From Gemmatimonadota bacterium (GTDB taxonomy: Bacteria > Gemmatimonadota > Gemmatimonadetes > Gemmatimonadales > GWC2-71-9), in contig JBDGYA010000006.1 in assembly GCA_039584325.1 (NCBI GenBank), positions 11,845-75,844 on the forward strand: a stretch of 64,000 nucleotides of DNA, in the 5' to 3' direction. Position 1 is the stretch's first letter. Each line of letters starts with the position of its first letter. The translations under genes were made by a program, and so were the position numbers. Below the pieces are notes generated by a model. That model was not told the DNA's origin. It was given only the letters and a program-made list of their open reading frames with translations, and made no database searches. Below, one piece after another: positions 1 to 8,758 of this stretch.

Positions 1-34
1 TCGAGGGTGTGCCTTGACCGCCCGATTGGACGGC

Positions 35-73
35 GCTAGCATTAATGTCTGTCTAAATTCGCGAAAACACAGG
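35..73 (+). promoter_or_regulatory. Conserved upstream element of rplM-rpsI, shared with the rpsO upstream region
   Basis: GCTAgcaTTAATGTCTgtctaAATTCGcgaaaaCACAGG. The same blocks occur at 8335..8373: GCTA, TTAATGTCT (9/9), AATTCG (shifted 1 nt) and CACAGG (6/6). TTAATGTCT-to-CACAGG spacing is 26 nt in both. Ungapped identity is 24/39. Confidence 0.4.
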
Positions 74-95
74 GGTTTAGGAACTCGGCGATACG

Positions 96-536
96 ATGAT
101 GAAGACGTACATGCCAACCGCAGCTGAGCTGGACCACGCTTGGCATCTGGTGGATGCCGACGGCGTGGCCCTCGGCCGCCTCGCCAGCAAGGTGGCCCAG
201 CTCATTCGCGGAAAGCACAAGCCGACCTTCGTGCCTCACCTGGATGGTGGGGACTACGTGGTCGTGGTCAACGCCGAGAAGGTCCGCCTGACCGGGAACA
301 AGGCACAGCAGAAGCACTACTTCCGCCACACCGGCTACATGGGTCACGAGAAGTTCACGTCGGCGTCGGACATGCTGGAGAAGCACCCCGAGCGCGTGAT
401 CGAGCAGGCGGTGTTCGGCATGCTGCCCAAGGGCACGCTCGGACGCCAGGTGCTGCGGAAGAAGCTCAAGGTTTACGCCGGTCCGGAGCATCCCCATCAA
501 GGCCAGAACCCGACACTGATCGATGTGAGGAAGTAG
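96..536 (+). CDS. rplM: 50S ribosomal protein L13
   Basis: Full-length L13-like translation (MKTYMPTAAELDHAWHLVDA...GNKAQQKHYFRHTGYMG...VYAGPEHPH). rpsI follows 6 nt later, as in the conserved rplM-rpsI operon. The start could be 96 or 99. Confidence 0.95.
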   Translation: MMKTYMPTAAELDHAWHLVDADGVALGRLASKVAQLIRGKHKPTFVPHLDGGDYVVVVNAEKVRLTGNKAQQKHYFRHTGYMGHEKFTSASDMLEKHPERVIEQAVFGMLPKGTLGRQVLRKKLKVYAGPEHPHQGQNPTLIDVRK

Positions 537-542
537 CGCACC

Positions 543-956
543 ATGACGCAGTCAGTACAGGCCGAACCGGAGCTTCGCTGGCACGCCATCGGGCGTCGCA
601 AGACGTCGGTGGCGCGAGTCTACCTCACGCCAGGATCCGGCAAGTGGCTGGTCAATGGGCGAACACTCGGTGATTACTTCCCGCGCCGCTCACTGATCCA
701 GCACATTCAGCAGTCGTTCGTGGTTACCGACACGCTTGGCGCCTTCGACGTAAAGGCCCGCGTGAGCGGCGGGGGCTCGACGGGGCAGGCCGGCGCGCTG
801 CGCCTCGGCATCGCCCGCGCGCTCGTGGAGGCCGACGAGACGCACCGACGCAAGCTCCGTGAGCACGGGCTGCTGACGCGAGATGCCCGGGCGGTCGAGC
901 GGAAGAAGCCAGGGCAGCCTGGTGCGCGGAAGCGGTTCCAGTTCTCGAAGCGGTAG
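543..956 (+). CDS. rpsI: 30S ribosomal protein S9
   Basis: S9-family translation with the signature C-terminus GARKRFQFSKR, immediately downstream of rplM. Confidence 0.95.
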   Translation: MTQSVQAEPELRWHAIGRRKTSVARVYLTPGSGKWLVNGRTLGDYFPRRSLIQHIQQSFVVTDTLGAFDVKARVSGGGSTGQAGALRLGIARALVEADETHRRKLREHGLLTRDARAVERKKPGQPGARKRFQFSKR

Positions 957-969
957 TGACGGACCCACG

Positions 970-987
970 GCGCACGTTGGTGTGCGC
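970..987 (+). terminator. Hairpin after rpsI (GCGCAC-gttggt-GTGCGC)
   Basis: 6-bp GC-rich stem with a 6-nt loop, 14 nt after the rpsI stop. There is no U-tract, so function as a terminator is inferred only. Confidence 0.3.
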
Positions 988-1109
988 TGCATGAGCAGGT
1001 TCGACAGGCAGCCAACGATTCACATCGCCCGATTCCGTCCTGGGTGTCCGCACCGCGGATCTGGCCGGAGCGTGACGGCGATGGACGAACAACCCGAGGA
1101 ACGGGAGAC

Positions 1110-2069
1110 ATGCTGACGCAGCCGCAGTTGCAGGAACTGCTCGAAGCCGGAGTGCACTTCGGGCATCAGACCCGCCGATGGAATCCCAAGATGCGCCGCT
1201 TCATCTTTGCGGAGCGCTCTGGGATCTACCTCATCGACCTGCAGAAGACCCTCACTCAGCTCCGGAAGGCGCAGGAGCTGCTCAGCGAGGTGATCACGCA
1301 GGGCGAGAGCGTCCTGTTCGTCTGCACCAAGAGGCAACTCAATCAGATCGTGATGACCGAAGCGGAGCGCTCCGGTGCCCACTGGGTGACGGAGCGGTGG
1401 CTCGGTGGGACCCTGACCAACTTCCAGACGATCAAGCAGCAGATCCGGAGGCTGAAGGAGCTGGAGCAGGGGCAGGATGAGGGTGCCTTCGACTTCTTCA
1501 CGAAGAAGGAGCGGCTCCAGTTCGAGCGCGAGCGCCAGAAGCTCAACCGGAACCTCGAGGGCATCAAGAACATGTCGCGGCTCCCGGGAGCCGTGTTCAT
1601 CGTCGACGCGAAGAAGGAGCGGATTGCGATCGCGGAGGCGAACAAGCTGGGGATCCCAGTGGTAGCGATCGTGGACACCAACGCCGATCCCGACCTCATC
1701 ACGGTCCCGATCCCCGGCAACGACGACGCCATCCGCTCGGTGCAGCTCATCACGGCGGCTCTCGTCGATGTGATCGCGGAGGCACGCAGTCAGGTGCCGG
1801 TCCGCGAGGCGGCAAGCGACTCGGAGGCCTACTCCTCGTACGCCCCGGAGTCGACCGAGGCCGACGAGGAAGATCAGCGGCGCCGCCGGCCGCGCCGCAA
1901 GCGCCGGCCCAAGCCCGAGGCCATCGCCGCGCGACTCAGGCCCGACAGCCCCGAGCCACAGACACCGACCAAGCCCGCCCCGCAGGTCCTCGAGGACACT
2001 GGAGGCGAGGCAGCGGAGGCCGGCGGGACGGCCAACACCGAGACGGCGTCGGAGCAGGAGCAGAGCTGA
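1110..2069 (+). CDS. rpsB: 30S ribosomal protein S2, with a low-complexity C-terminal extension
   Basis: ORF 1044..2069 trimmed to ATG 1110, where MLTQPQLQELLEAGVHFGHQTRRWNPKM is the canonical S2 N-terminus. A charged tail of about 85 aa follows the core (..EEDQRRRRPRRKRRPKPE..SEQEQS). Confidence 0.93.
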   Translation: MLTQPQLQELLEAGVHFGHQTRRWNPKMRRFIFAERSGIYLIDLQKTLTQLRKAQELLSEVITQGESVLFVCTKRQLNQIVMTEAERSGAHWVTERWLGGTLTNFQTIKQQIRRLKELEQGQDEGAFDFFTKKERLQFERERQKLNRNLEGIKNMSRLPGAVFIVDAKKERIAIAEANKLGIPVVAIVDTNADPDLITVPIPGNDDAIRSVQLITAALVDVIAEARSQVPVREAASDSEAYSSYAPESTEADEEDQRRRRPRRKRRPKPEAIAARLRPDSPEPQTPTKPAPQVLEDTGGEAAEAGGTANTETASEQEQS

Positions 2070-2101
2070 CCGGGAGACCGCCCCGATCCAGCGAACCGTA
2101 G

Positions 2102-2141
2102 ACCGCCGCCGTTCGGGCCGATCAAGGCGCGAGGCGGCGGT
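2102..2141 (+). terminator. rpsB-tsf intergenic hairpin (possible attenuator)
   Basis: Perfect 9-bp stem ACCGCCGCC / GGCGGCGGT with a 22-nt loop, between the rpsB stop (2069) and the tsf start (2207). Confidence 0.35.
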
Positions 2142-2206
2142 TGTCACATGGAGACTCGATACGTGCGTCGCGCGCGGAGCTGCGTGGCAGGACAGGGAAC
2201 GAAACG

Positions 2207-2806
2207 ATGGCAACGACGATTTCGGCGAAGGACGTGGGTGAGCTCCGGGCGCGCACCGGAGCCGGCATGATGGACTGCAAGAAGGCCCTACAGGAGACGG
2301 GAGGGGACATTGACAAGGCCGTCGACTTCCTGCGCCAGAAAGGCATAGCCAAGGCGGAATTGCGGGCGGGGCGATCGGCTCAGGAAGGTGTGATCGGCAG
2401 CTACGTCCACTTCAACGGTAAGGTTGGCGTGCTCGTTGAGGTGAACTGCGAGACGGATTTCGTTGCACGGACCGAGGACTTTCAGGGTCTGGCAAAGGAC
2501 CTCGCCCTACACATCGCATCGGCCAAGCCGATGGCGGTCACGGCGGACGACATGCCGGCCGACGCGGTCGGCCGCGAGCAGGCCATCTTCGAAGCGCAGG
2601 TTGCGGAGTCGGGTAAGCCGGAGCAGGTTCGAGCGAAGATCGTCGAGGGAAAGCTCCGCAAGTACTTCGAGGAGCACGTGCTGATGCAGCAGGCGTTCGT
2701 GAAGGACGACGCGAAGACCATCCAGGACGTCGTCAACGAGGTGTCCGGCAAGGTCGGCGAGAACGTCGTCGTGCGGCGGTTCGTGCGGTACGAGCTGGGC
2801 GCCTGA
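2207..2806 (+). CDS. tsf: Elongation factor Ts (short form, about 199 aa)
   Basis: ORF 2141..2806 trimmed to ATG 2207. [28 protein letters not shown] is the EF-Ts UBA-like N-terminus. Conserved rpsB-tsf-pyrH-frr order. Confidence 0.93.
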   Translation: MATTISAKDVGELRARTGAGMMDCKKALQETGGDIDKAVDFLRQKGIAKAELRAGRSAQEGVIGSYVHFNGKVGVLVEVNCETDFVARTEDFQGLAKDLALHIASAKPMAVTADDMPADAVGREQAIFEAQVAESGKPEQVRAKIVEGKLRKYFEEHVLMQQAFVKDDAKTIQDVVNEVSGKVGENVVVRRFVRYELGA

Positions 2807-2807
2807 G

Positions 2808-3521
2808 ATGGCCCAGCTCGCGTATCGGCGGGCGCTACTCAAGCTGTCCGGCGAAGCGCTCGCTGGGGGGGCACCCTTCGGCATCGACTTCGGTGTGGTG
2901 GACCACCTCACGGACGAGATTCGGGACGTGGCGCGCATGGGCGTCTCTCTCGGCCTCGTGATCGGTGGTGGCAACATCATGCGCGGAACCGTCGCCAGCA
3001 AGCAGGGCATGGATCGGGTCTCGGCGGACTACATGGGAATGCTCGCGACCGTCATCAACGCGCTCGCGGTGCAGGACATTCTCGAGCGGAAGGACGTCGA
3101 AACCCGAGTGATGACGGCGATCCGCATGGAGGAGCTCGCGGAGCCGTACATCCGCCGCAGGGCCCAGCGCCACCTGGAGAAGAACCGGGTCGTCATTTTT
3201 GCGGGCGGGACGGGGAATCCCTACTTCTCGACCGACACGGCCGCCGTGCTCCGTGCGCTGGAGATCGAGGCGGAGGTGCTGATCAAGGCCACCAGCGTGG
3301 ACGGTGTCTACACGGCCGACCCCAAGCGGGAGCCCGACGCGAAGTTTCTGCCGGAGCTGTCGTATCACGAGGCACTCGTGCAGCGGCTCGAGGTCATGGA
3401 CGCCAACGCCTTTGGCCTCTGCCAGGAGAATGAGCTTCCGATCGTCGTCATGAACGTCAACAACCAGGGAGCGATCGCCCGAGTGCTCGAGGGCGAGCGC
3501 GTGGGGACAATCGTGCGATGA
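2808..3521 (+). CDS. pyrH: UMP kinase
   Basis: Amino-acid-kinase-fold UMP kinase motifs ([35 protein letters not shown]), in the tsf-pyrH-frr context. Confidence 0.95.
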   Translation: MAQLAYRRALLKLSGEALAGGAPFGIDFGVVDHLTDEIRDVARMGVSLGLVIGGGNIMRGTVASKQGMDRVSADYMGMLATVINALAVQDILERKDVETRVMTAIRMEELAEPYIRRRAQRHLEKNRVVIFAGGTGNPYFSTDTAAVLRALEIEAEVLIKATSVDGVYTADPKREPDAKFLPELSYHEALVQRLEVMDANAFGLCQENELPIVVMNVNNQGAIARVLEGERVGTIVR

Positions 3522-4072
3522 GTACACTGCCGGAGATCCAGAAGACCGCCAAGAGCCTGATGCAGAAGGCCGTGGACAACACCAAACGCGAGCTGGCGTC
3601 TCTTCGGAGCAGCCGGGCGACTACGAGCCTGCTCGACACGGTGCAGGTCGAGGCCTACGGGCAGCAGATGCCGGTCAACCAGGTCGGCACGGTCGCGGCG
3701 CCGGAGCCACGACTCCTCACCGTCCAACCGTGGGACAGGTCGCTGATCGGGGCCATCGAGAAGGGTATCCAAACCGCGGACCTCGGACTGAACCCGTCCA
3801 ACGATGGCACGATCATCCGGATCCCGCTGCCCGCACTGACCGAGGAGCGCCGCAAGGAGCTCGTGAGGATCGTGCACAAGCTCGCTGAGGAAGGCCGAAT
3901 CGCCATTCGACACGCTCGGGAAGAGGCTCGTCAGGAGATCAAGCAGGTCGAACACGTCTCCGACGACGAGAAGCACCGCAGAGAGAACGACGTTCAGAAG
4001 CTCCATGACGAGGCCATCGGCCAGATCGAGGCGATCGTCAAAGCCAAGGAAGAGGAGATCATGGAAGTCTGA
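3518..4072 (+). CDS. frr: Ribosome recycling factor
   Basis: 184-aa RRF-like translation (..[50 protein letters not shown]..). ATGA overlap with pyrH. Confidence 0.95.
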   Translation: MSTLPEIQKTAKSLMQKAVDNTKRELASLRSSRATTSLLDTVQVEAYGQQMPVNQVGTVAAPEPRLLTVQPWDRSLIGAIEKGIQTADLGLNPSNDGTIIRIPLPALTEERRKELVRIVHKLAEEGRIAIRHAREEARQEIKQVEHVSDDEKHRRENDVQKLHDEAIGQIEAIVKAKEEEIMEV

Positions 4073-4103
4073 GGCGGGTACGCCCGTCCTGCCCTCCGCT
4101 CGT

Positions 4104-4964
4104 ATGGCAAGTAACAAGACCGTTCGTGTGATCGTCGCCGCCATCGGCATCCCGGTGGCGGCGAGCGTCGTGTATGCCGGGGGGTGGCTCCTTGTCGCGA
4201 TGCTGGCCGTGCTCTGCAGCGTCGGAGCCGTGGAGCTCTACCGGATGGGAGGGCTTGGCGGTCTGCGCCCGCTCACGGTTCCCGGTGCGCTGGCTGCCGC
4301 CCTGTGCCCGGTGGCGGCCTTCGTCGTGTTCCCTGCTGGGGGGGGCGTTGGGCCTGAGTGGGTGGTTTTCGGGGCCGCTGGCTGGCTCATCGTGGCGGTA
4401 TCGATCACGGCCCTCACTCGGCGCCCGGACCAGCGCCCACTCGGGTCCATAGCGGTCACGGTGCTCGGTGTCGTCTACGCAGGTGCGCTTCCCGCCTTCC
4501 TCCTGCCGATCCGTCATGCGCCGGATCTTCCATCGCGCATGGCCGGAGTCGCGCTCGTCTTCCTGCCCCTGGCCACCGTGTGGGCGTGCGACTCGCTGGC
4601 CATGGAGGTGGGGTCGCGCGTAGGCGGGCCTAAGCTGGCGCCGACCCTCAGTCCCAAGAAGACGTGGTCTGGCGCGATCGGTGGTGTGATCGGAGGGATG
4701 GTCGCGGCGCCCCTGTATGGGGCGCTCGTGCTCGATAGAGTGGGGATTGACCTCTCCGTGTGGCAGCTGGTGCTGTTCGGAAGCATCGCATCCACGGTGG
4801 GACAAGTCGGAGACGTGTCGGAGTCAGTCTTCAAGCGCGAGGCCGGCATCAAGGACTCGGGCACGTTCTTCCCGGGGCACGGTGGCGTGCTCGACCGGCT
4901 CGACTCGCTGTACTGGGTGCTGCCGGTAGCGGCGGCGTTCCTCATGGTGGCGGGGGTGCTGTGA
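4104..4964 (+). CDS. cdsA: Phosphatidate cytidylyltransferase (CDP-diglyceride synthase)
   Basis: ORF 4005..4964 trimmed to ATG 4104. Polytopic membrane protein with the CdsA C-terminal signature SVFKREAGIKDSGTFFPGHGGVLDRLDS. Confidence 0.85.
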   Translation: MASNKTVRVIVAAIGIPVAASVVYAGGWLLVAMLAVLCSVGAVELYRMGGLGGLRPLTVPGALAAALCPVAAFVVFPAGGGVGPEWVVFGAAGWLIVAVSITALTRRPDQRPLGSIAVTVLGVVYAGALPAFLLPIRHAPDLPSRMAGVALVFLPLATVWACDSLAMEVGSRVGGPKLAPTLSPKKTWSGAIGGVIGGMVAAPLYGALVLDRVGIDLSVWQLVLFGSIASTVGQVGDVSESVFKREAGIKDSGTFFPGHGGVLDRLDSLYWVLPVAAAFLMVAGVL

Positions 4965-6097
4965 CGCAGGGCGTGGCGATTCTGGGGTCCACCGGGTCGA
5001 TCGGGCAGAGCGCGATCCGCGTGCTCGATCGGCATCGTCAGCGGTTCCACACGGTGGCGCTCACGGCCTTCGGGTCACGCGACCTCCTCCACGAGCAGGC
5101 CGAGTCGACCGGGGCGAGCTACGTGTGCCTGGTCGGCGACGGGCTCGACCCAACTGATCCGGATGCGACCGCCGGTCCGGAGTGCCTCGTGGCGGCAGCG
5201 ACCCATCCCGACGCATCGATCGTCATCAACGCCGTGGTGGGGGCAGCCGGGCTCCGGGCGACGCTGGCGGCGCTCCGAGCGGGCAAGCGGGTAGCGCTCG
5301 CCAACAAGGAGTCGCTCGTCATGGCTGGCGAGCTTGTGCTGGCGGCGGCGCGCGAGGGGGGCGGCGAGATCGTCCCTGTCGATTCCGAGCACTCCGCAGT
5401 CCTGCAGTGTCTCACCGACCGACGGATGGCGGACGTCGCGCGGTTGATCCTCACCGCATCCGGTGGGCCCTTCCGGGAGTGGCCAAGCGAGCGGCTGCGG
5501 GAAGCCACGGTGGCCGATGCGCTGCTCCACCCGACGTGGGACATGGGCAGGAAGATCACCGTCGATAGCGCGACCCTGGCCAACAAGGCGCTGGAGGTCA
5601 TCGAGGCGCACTATCTCTTCGGCTTGGGGTACGACTGCATCGACGTGGTGGTGCACCCGCAGTCGATCGTGCACGCCTTCGTAGAGTTTCGGGATCGATC
5701 CGTCCTGGGGCAGGTGGGCTTTCCGACCATGGAGTTGCCCATTCTGTACGCGTTGACCCACCCCGGACGGCTCTCGGATGCCGAGATACCCGCGTTTGAT
5801 CCAGTGGCCGCCGGCCCGCTGACGTTTGAGCCAGTCCGGGTCGACGATTTCCCGGCCTTTCGACTCGGCCGTGCCGCGGGTGAGGCGGGAGGAACGGCTC
5901 CGGCCGTCTACAACGCCGTGAATGAGGTGGTCGTGGGGGCGTTTCTCGCCGAGCGGATCCCCTTTGCGGCCATCGGAGAGATCATCGAAGCGGTGCTCGG
6001 GGCGCATGAGATCGTGCCGACGACGGACGTGGATACCGTCCTGGCTGCTGACCGCTGGGCCCGTGAGCAAGGAGAGGTGCAGTGCTCGTCACGCTAG
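4961..6097 (+). CDS. dxr: 1-deoxy-D-xylulose-5-phosphate reductoisomerase
   Basis: ORF 4760..6097 trimmed to GTG 4961 (GTGA overlap with the cdsA stop). VAILGSTGSIGQSA is the NADPH-binding N-terminus; LANKESLV and NKALEVIEAHYLF motifs are present. Confidence 0.92.
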   Translation: MTQGVAILGSTGSIGQSAIRVLDRHRQRFHTVALTAFGSRDLLHEQAESTGASYVCLVGDGLDPTDPDATAGPECLVAAATHPDASIVINAVVGAAGLRATLAALRAGKRVALANKESLVMAGELVLAAAREGGGEIVPVDSEHSAVLQCLTDRRMADVARLILTASGGPFREWPSERLREATVADALLHPTWDMGRKITVDSATLANKALEVIEAHYLFGLGYDCIDVVVHPQSIVHAFVEFRDRSVLGQVGFPTMELPILYALTHPGRLSDAEIPAFDPVAAGPLTFEPVRVDDFPAFRLGRAAGEAGGTAPAVYNAVNEVVVGAFLAERIPFAAIGEIIEAVLGAHEIVPTTDVDTVLAADRWAREQGEVQCSSR

Positions 6098-7449
6098 CCG
6101 CGTTCGTGTTCGTTCTAGGTGTTCTGATCTTCGTCCATGAGTTGGGGCACTTTCTCGCGGCCAAGTGGGCTGGGATCGGTGTGCCCCGGTTCTCCATCGG
6201 GTTTGGACCACCGACGCCACTGCGATTCACCCGGGGCGGCACCGAATACGTTGTGTCGTGGTTTCCGCTCGGCGGCTACGTCAAAATGGCGAGTCGCGAG
6301 GAGCAGGAGGCGATGGGGGCCCTCGAGGGCGGTGAGACGCCGGAAGAATACCCCCCCGAGGAGCTGTTCGAGAACAAGCCCTTGTTTGCCCGCGTCGTCG
6401 TCATCTCCGCGGGCGTGATCATGAACCTGCTCTTCGCCTGGCTGACCTACTCCTTACTGGTCGGCCTGTACGGTCGGACCGAGGACCCCACGACAACGGT
6501 CATGCACGTGGAGCAGCGCTGGCTTCCCGCGGAGGCGCAGCATCTGGCGGACATCCCCCGCGGTGCGCAGATCGTCCGGATCAACGGCGACACGGTGCCC
6601 TCGTGGGATGCGATCCGGCAGGGCATTCTGGACCCCACATCCGGTCGCGTGCGCCTCGACTTCGCCGGCGACGTCGAGCCGGTTCTGATCCCGATCAAGG
6701 GGACCGACATCGCCGCCCGCCAGCAGGTGCTGTTCTCGCTGCGGCCGGGCTGGGGCCCGGTTGCCGGCCCCATGGTTCTCGGACGTCCGGCCGCTGATGC
6801 GGGGCTCCAGCTCGGCGACCGGTTCGTTGTGGCGGAGGGGGACACGGTTCGCGCCTTCTACGACCTCTACCGTGTGGTCGACGCAAACCCCGGCGTACCG
6901 CTCTCGATCACCGTGCAGCGCGGCGACTCGGTCTTCACGAAGTCCATTACACCGGAAGCGGACACACTCGAGCTTCCCGCCACTGGCGAGGAGATCGAGG
7001 TCGGTCGTATCGGTGTCAATCCGCACTACGAGCCGCTGCATATTCGGTACGGCCTGGTGGGCTCGATCGTCGAGGGCGCCCGGCGGACATGGGGAGCGGT
7101 CGAGCTCGTGTACGTGACCCTCAAGGGCCTTGTCCTGCGAGAGGTCTCGGCGCGGGAGATCGGCGGACCGATCTTCATCGGTCAACTGTCCGGTCAGTTG
7201 GCTCGCGTTGGGCTCGCTCCGCTGTTCGACTTCATGGCACTGCTGTCCGTGAACCTGGCGATCCTGAACATCCTGCCTATCCCCGTGCTGGACGGGGGAC
7301 ACCTGGTGTTCCTCCTGATCGAGGGCGTGCGTGGGCGCCCGCTGTCGGTGGCGGCGCGGATGCGCCTCATTCAGGCGGGGCTGTTCCTGCTCCTGGGCCT
7401 GATGGTGCTGGTCTTCACCAACGATATCCTGCGCCTGATCGGCGGGTAG
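6082..7449 (+). CDS. rseP: RIP site-2 metalloprotease RseP (M50 family, with PDZ)
   Basis: HELGH zinc motif in TM1, a central PDZ-like region, and a C-terminal NILPIPVLDGGH motif. GTG start preceded by AAGGAGAG. Conserved cdsA-dxr-rseP order. Confidence 0.9.
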   Translation: MLVTLAAFVFVLGVLIFVHELGHFLAAKWAGIGVPRFSIGFGPPTPLRFTRGGTEYVVSWFPLGGYVKMASREEQEAMGALEGGETPEEYPPEELFENKPLFARVVVISAGVIMNLLFAWLTYSLLVGLYGRTEDPTTTVMHVEQRWLPAEAQHLADIPRGAQIVRINGDTVPSWDAIRQGILDPTSGRVRLDFAGDVEPVLIPIKGTDIAARQQVLFSLRPGWGPVAGPMVLGRPAADAGLQLGDRFVVAEGDTVRAFYDLYRVVDANPGVPLSITVQRGDSVFTKSITPEADTLELPATGEEIEVGRIGVNPHYEPLHIRYGLVGSIVEGARRTWGAVELVYVTLKGLVLREVSAREIGGPIFIGQLSGQLARVGLAPLFDFMALLSVNLAILNILPIPVLDGGHLVFLLIEGVRGRPLSVAARMRLIQAGLFLLLGLMVLVFTNDILRLIGG

Positions 7450-7474
7450 GAGACGTCCACCCTCGCCTGTGACA

Positions 7475-8302
7475 CTACACCAGGGCATCCAGTTCGGCGG
7501 CGAGAAGCGTGGCTGTCGCGTGGCGATGGTCCGGGTGCTTCGCCAGGCAGCGCAGGACTATGCGATCGAATCGTCCCGAGAGGTCGGGGCGGTGCCGTCG
7601 GGGGGGCTCGGGAACCTCCTCGACGTGCATCCGGGCCAGCTCGAACCAGTCCGTGGACCGGAAGGGTGGGTGGCCGGTGGTCGCACGGTACAGCGTGACG
7701 CCGAGCGCATACAAGTCGCTGCGTCCGTCGAGCGAGTGACCCTGGGCCTGTTCAGGCGAGACATACTGCGGCGTTCCGATCGTCAGCTGGGCTCCTGTGT
7801 CCATAACGTAGCTGGACACGGCCCGTGCGATGCCGAAGTCGGCGATCACCGCCGTGCCATCATCATCGATGAGGATGTTCGCGGGCTTGATGTCCCGGTG
7901 GACCAGGCCCCGCTCGTGGGCGAAGGCGAGGCCCAGCGCGACATCTCGGCCGATGCGAGCCGCCGTCTGCTCGTCGATCGTGCGCTTGGCCTCGATGAGG
8001 GAAGCGACCGAACCCGGATACAGCGGCATCGTGAAGTAGCTGTGGCCGCCATCGCGGCCCACGTCGAGAATGCGCACGATGGACCGGTGGGTCAGGTGGG
8101 CGGCGACCTTGGCCTCCCGGCGAAAACGTTCCTCGAAGGGGCCGTTGTCTGCGTAGGGTGGACTCAGCACCTTGAGGGCCACCGAGGGCCCTCCGGGGTC
8201 GGGTCGGGCGGCGAACACGGCCGCGAATCCCCCCTGTCCCAGGAGGTGCTCTACGCTGAAGGCTCCTATGCGCTGGCCAATCAGGGTCCGGGCGTCGTAC
8301 AT
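7475..8302 (-). CDS. Hanks-type Ser/Thr protein kinase, catalytic domain only (275 aa)
   Basis: GQGGFAAVF glycine loop, VALK lysine, HRDIKPANILI catalytic loop, DFGIA, and GTPQYVSPE activation segment. No TM segment or extra domain after subdomain XI. Confidence 0.85.
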   Translation of the reverse strand: MYDARTLIGQRIGAFSVEHLLGQGGFAAVFAARPDPGGPSVALKVLSPPYADNGPFEERFRREAKVAAHLTHRSIVRILDVGRDGGHSYFTMPLYPGSVASLIEAKRTIDEQTAARIGRDVALGLAFAHERGLVHRDIKPANILIDDDGTAVIADFGIARAVSSYVMDTGAQLTIGTPQYVSPEQAQGHSLDGRSDLYALGVTLYRATTGHPPFRSTDWFELARMHVEEVPEPPRRHRPDLSGRFDRIVLRCLAKHPDHRHATATLLAAELDALV

Positions 8303-8334
8303 GGGCCTCAGGGTTTACACAAGTGAATGTGTCA

Positions 8335-8373
8335 GCTAAACTTAATGTCTATTATCAATTCGAAATCCACAGG
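8335..8373 (+). promoter_or_regulatory. Conserved upstream element of rpsO-pnp, shared with the rplM upstream region
   Basis: GCTAaacTTAATGTCTattatcAATTCGaaatcCACAGG; see feature 35..73. It lies 39 nt upstream of the rpsO ATG, in the divergent region shared with the kinase gene. Confidence 0.4.
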
Positions 8374-8411
8374 CTAGTGAAGCCCGCGCGTTTGACGAGG
8401 ATACACGGTTC

Positions 8412-8672
8412 ATGAGCATCGACAAGCAAGTGGTTACACGGAAGTTCGGGGCGCACGAGATGGACACGGGATCGACCCGGGTCCAGATAGCGCTGTTGAC
8501 GGAACGCATCAACTATCTCACCGACCACTTCCGTACCCACAAGAAGGATCACCACGGGCGCCGTGGGCTCCTCATGCTCGTGAGTAAGCGGCGCCGCCTC
8601 CTCGACTATCTCAAGCGTACCGATCTCGAAGGATACCGGAAGCTCATCGAGGAGCTCGGTCTCCGTCACTAG
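8412..8672 (+). CDS. rpsO: 30S ribosomal protein S15
   Basis: 86-aa S15-like translation ([35 protein letters not shown]), upstream of pnp as in most bacteria. Confidence 0.95.
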   Translation: MSIDKQVVTRKFGAHEMDTGSTRVQIALLTERINYLTDHFRTHKKDHHGRRGLLMLVSKRRRLLDYLKRTDLEGYRKLIEELGLRH

Positions 8673-8691
8673 GTCCTCGGCGCGTGGGTTG

Positions 8692-8723
8692 GGGGTGTCC
8701 GAGCTGAGCACGTCGGGCACCCC
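8692..8723 (+). promoter_or_regulatory. rpsO-pnp intergenic stem-loop (terminator or pnp leader processing hairpin)
   Basis: 11-bp stem GGGGUGUCCGA / UCGGGCACCCC (one G-U pair) with a 10-nt loop, 20 nt after the rpsO stop and 36 nt before the pnp start. Confidence 0.45.
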
Positions 8724-8758
8724 TGCATTGTGTCGTGTGCTCAACAAGGACGAGAACA

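Noticed and set aside
22-33. Exact 12-mer CCGATTGGACGG shared by the rplM upstream region (22..33) and the aspS upstream region (50219..50230), as a possible -35-type promoter element (TTGGAC).
   Set aside because: Identity does not extend beyond 12-13 nt. No -10-like hexamer lies at a sensible spacing in either copy. Exact 12-mer repeats are expected by chance many times in 64 kb; restricting to intergenic DNA makes it only borderline.
4073-4103. Absence of uppS between frr and cdsA, where it sits in many bacteria.
   Set aside because: A 31-nt gap leaves no room for a gene or remnant. This is simply a different gene order and not evidence of loss or novelty.
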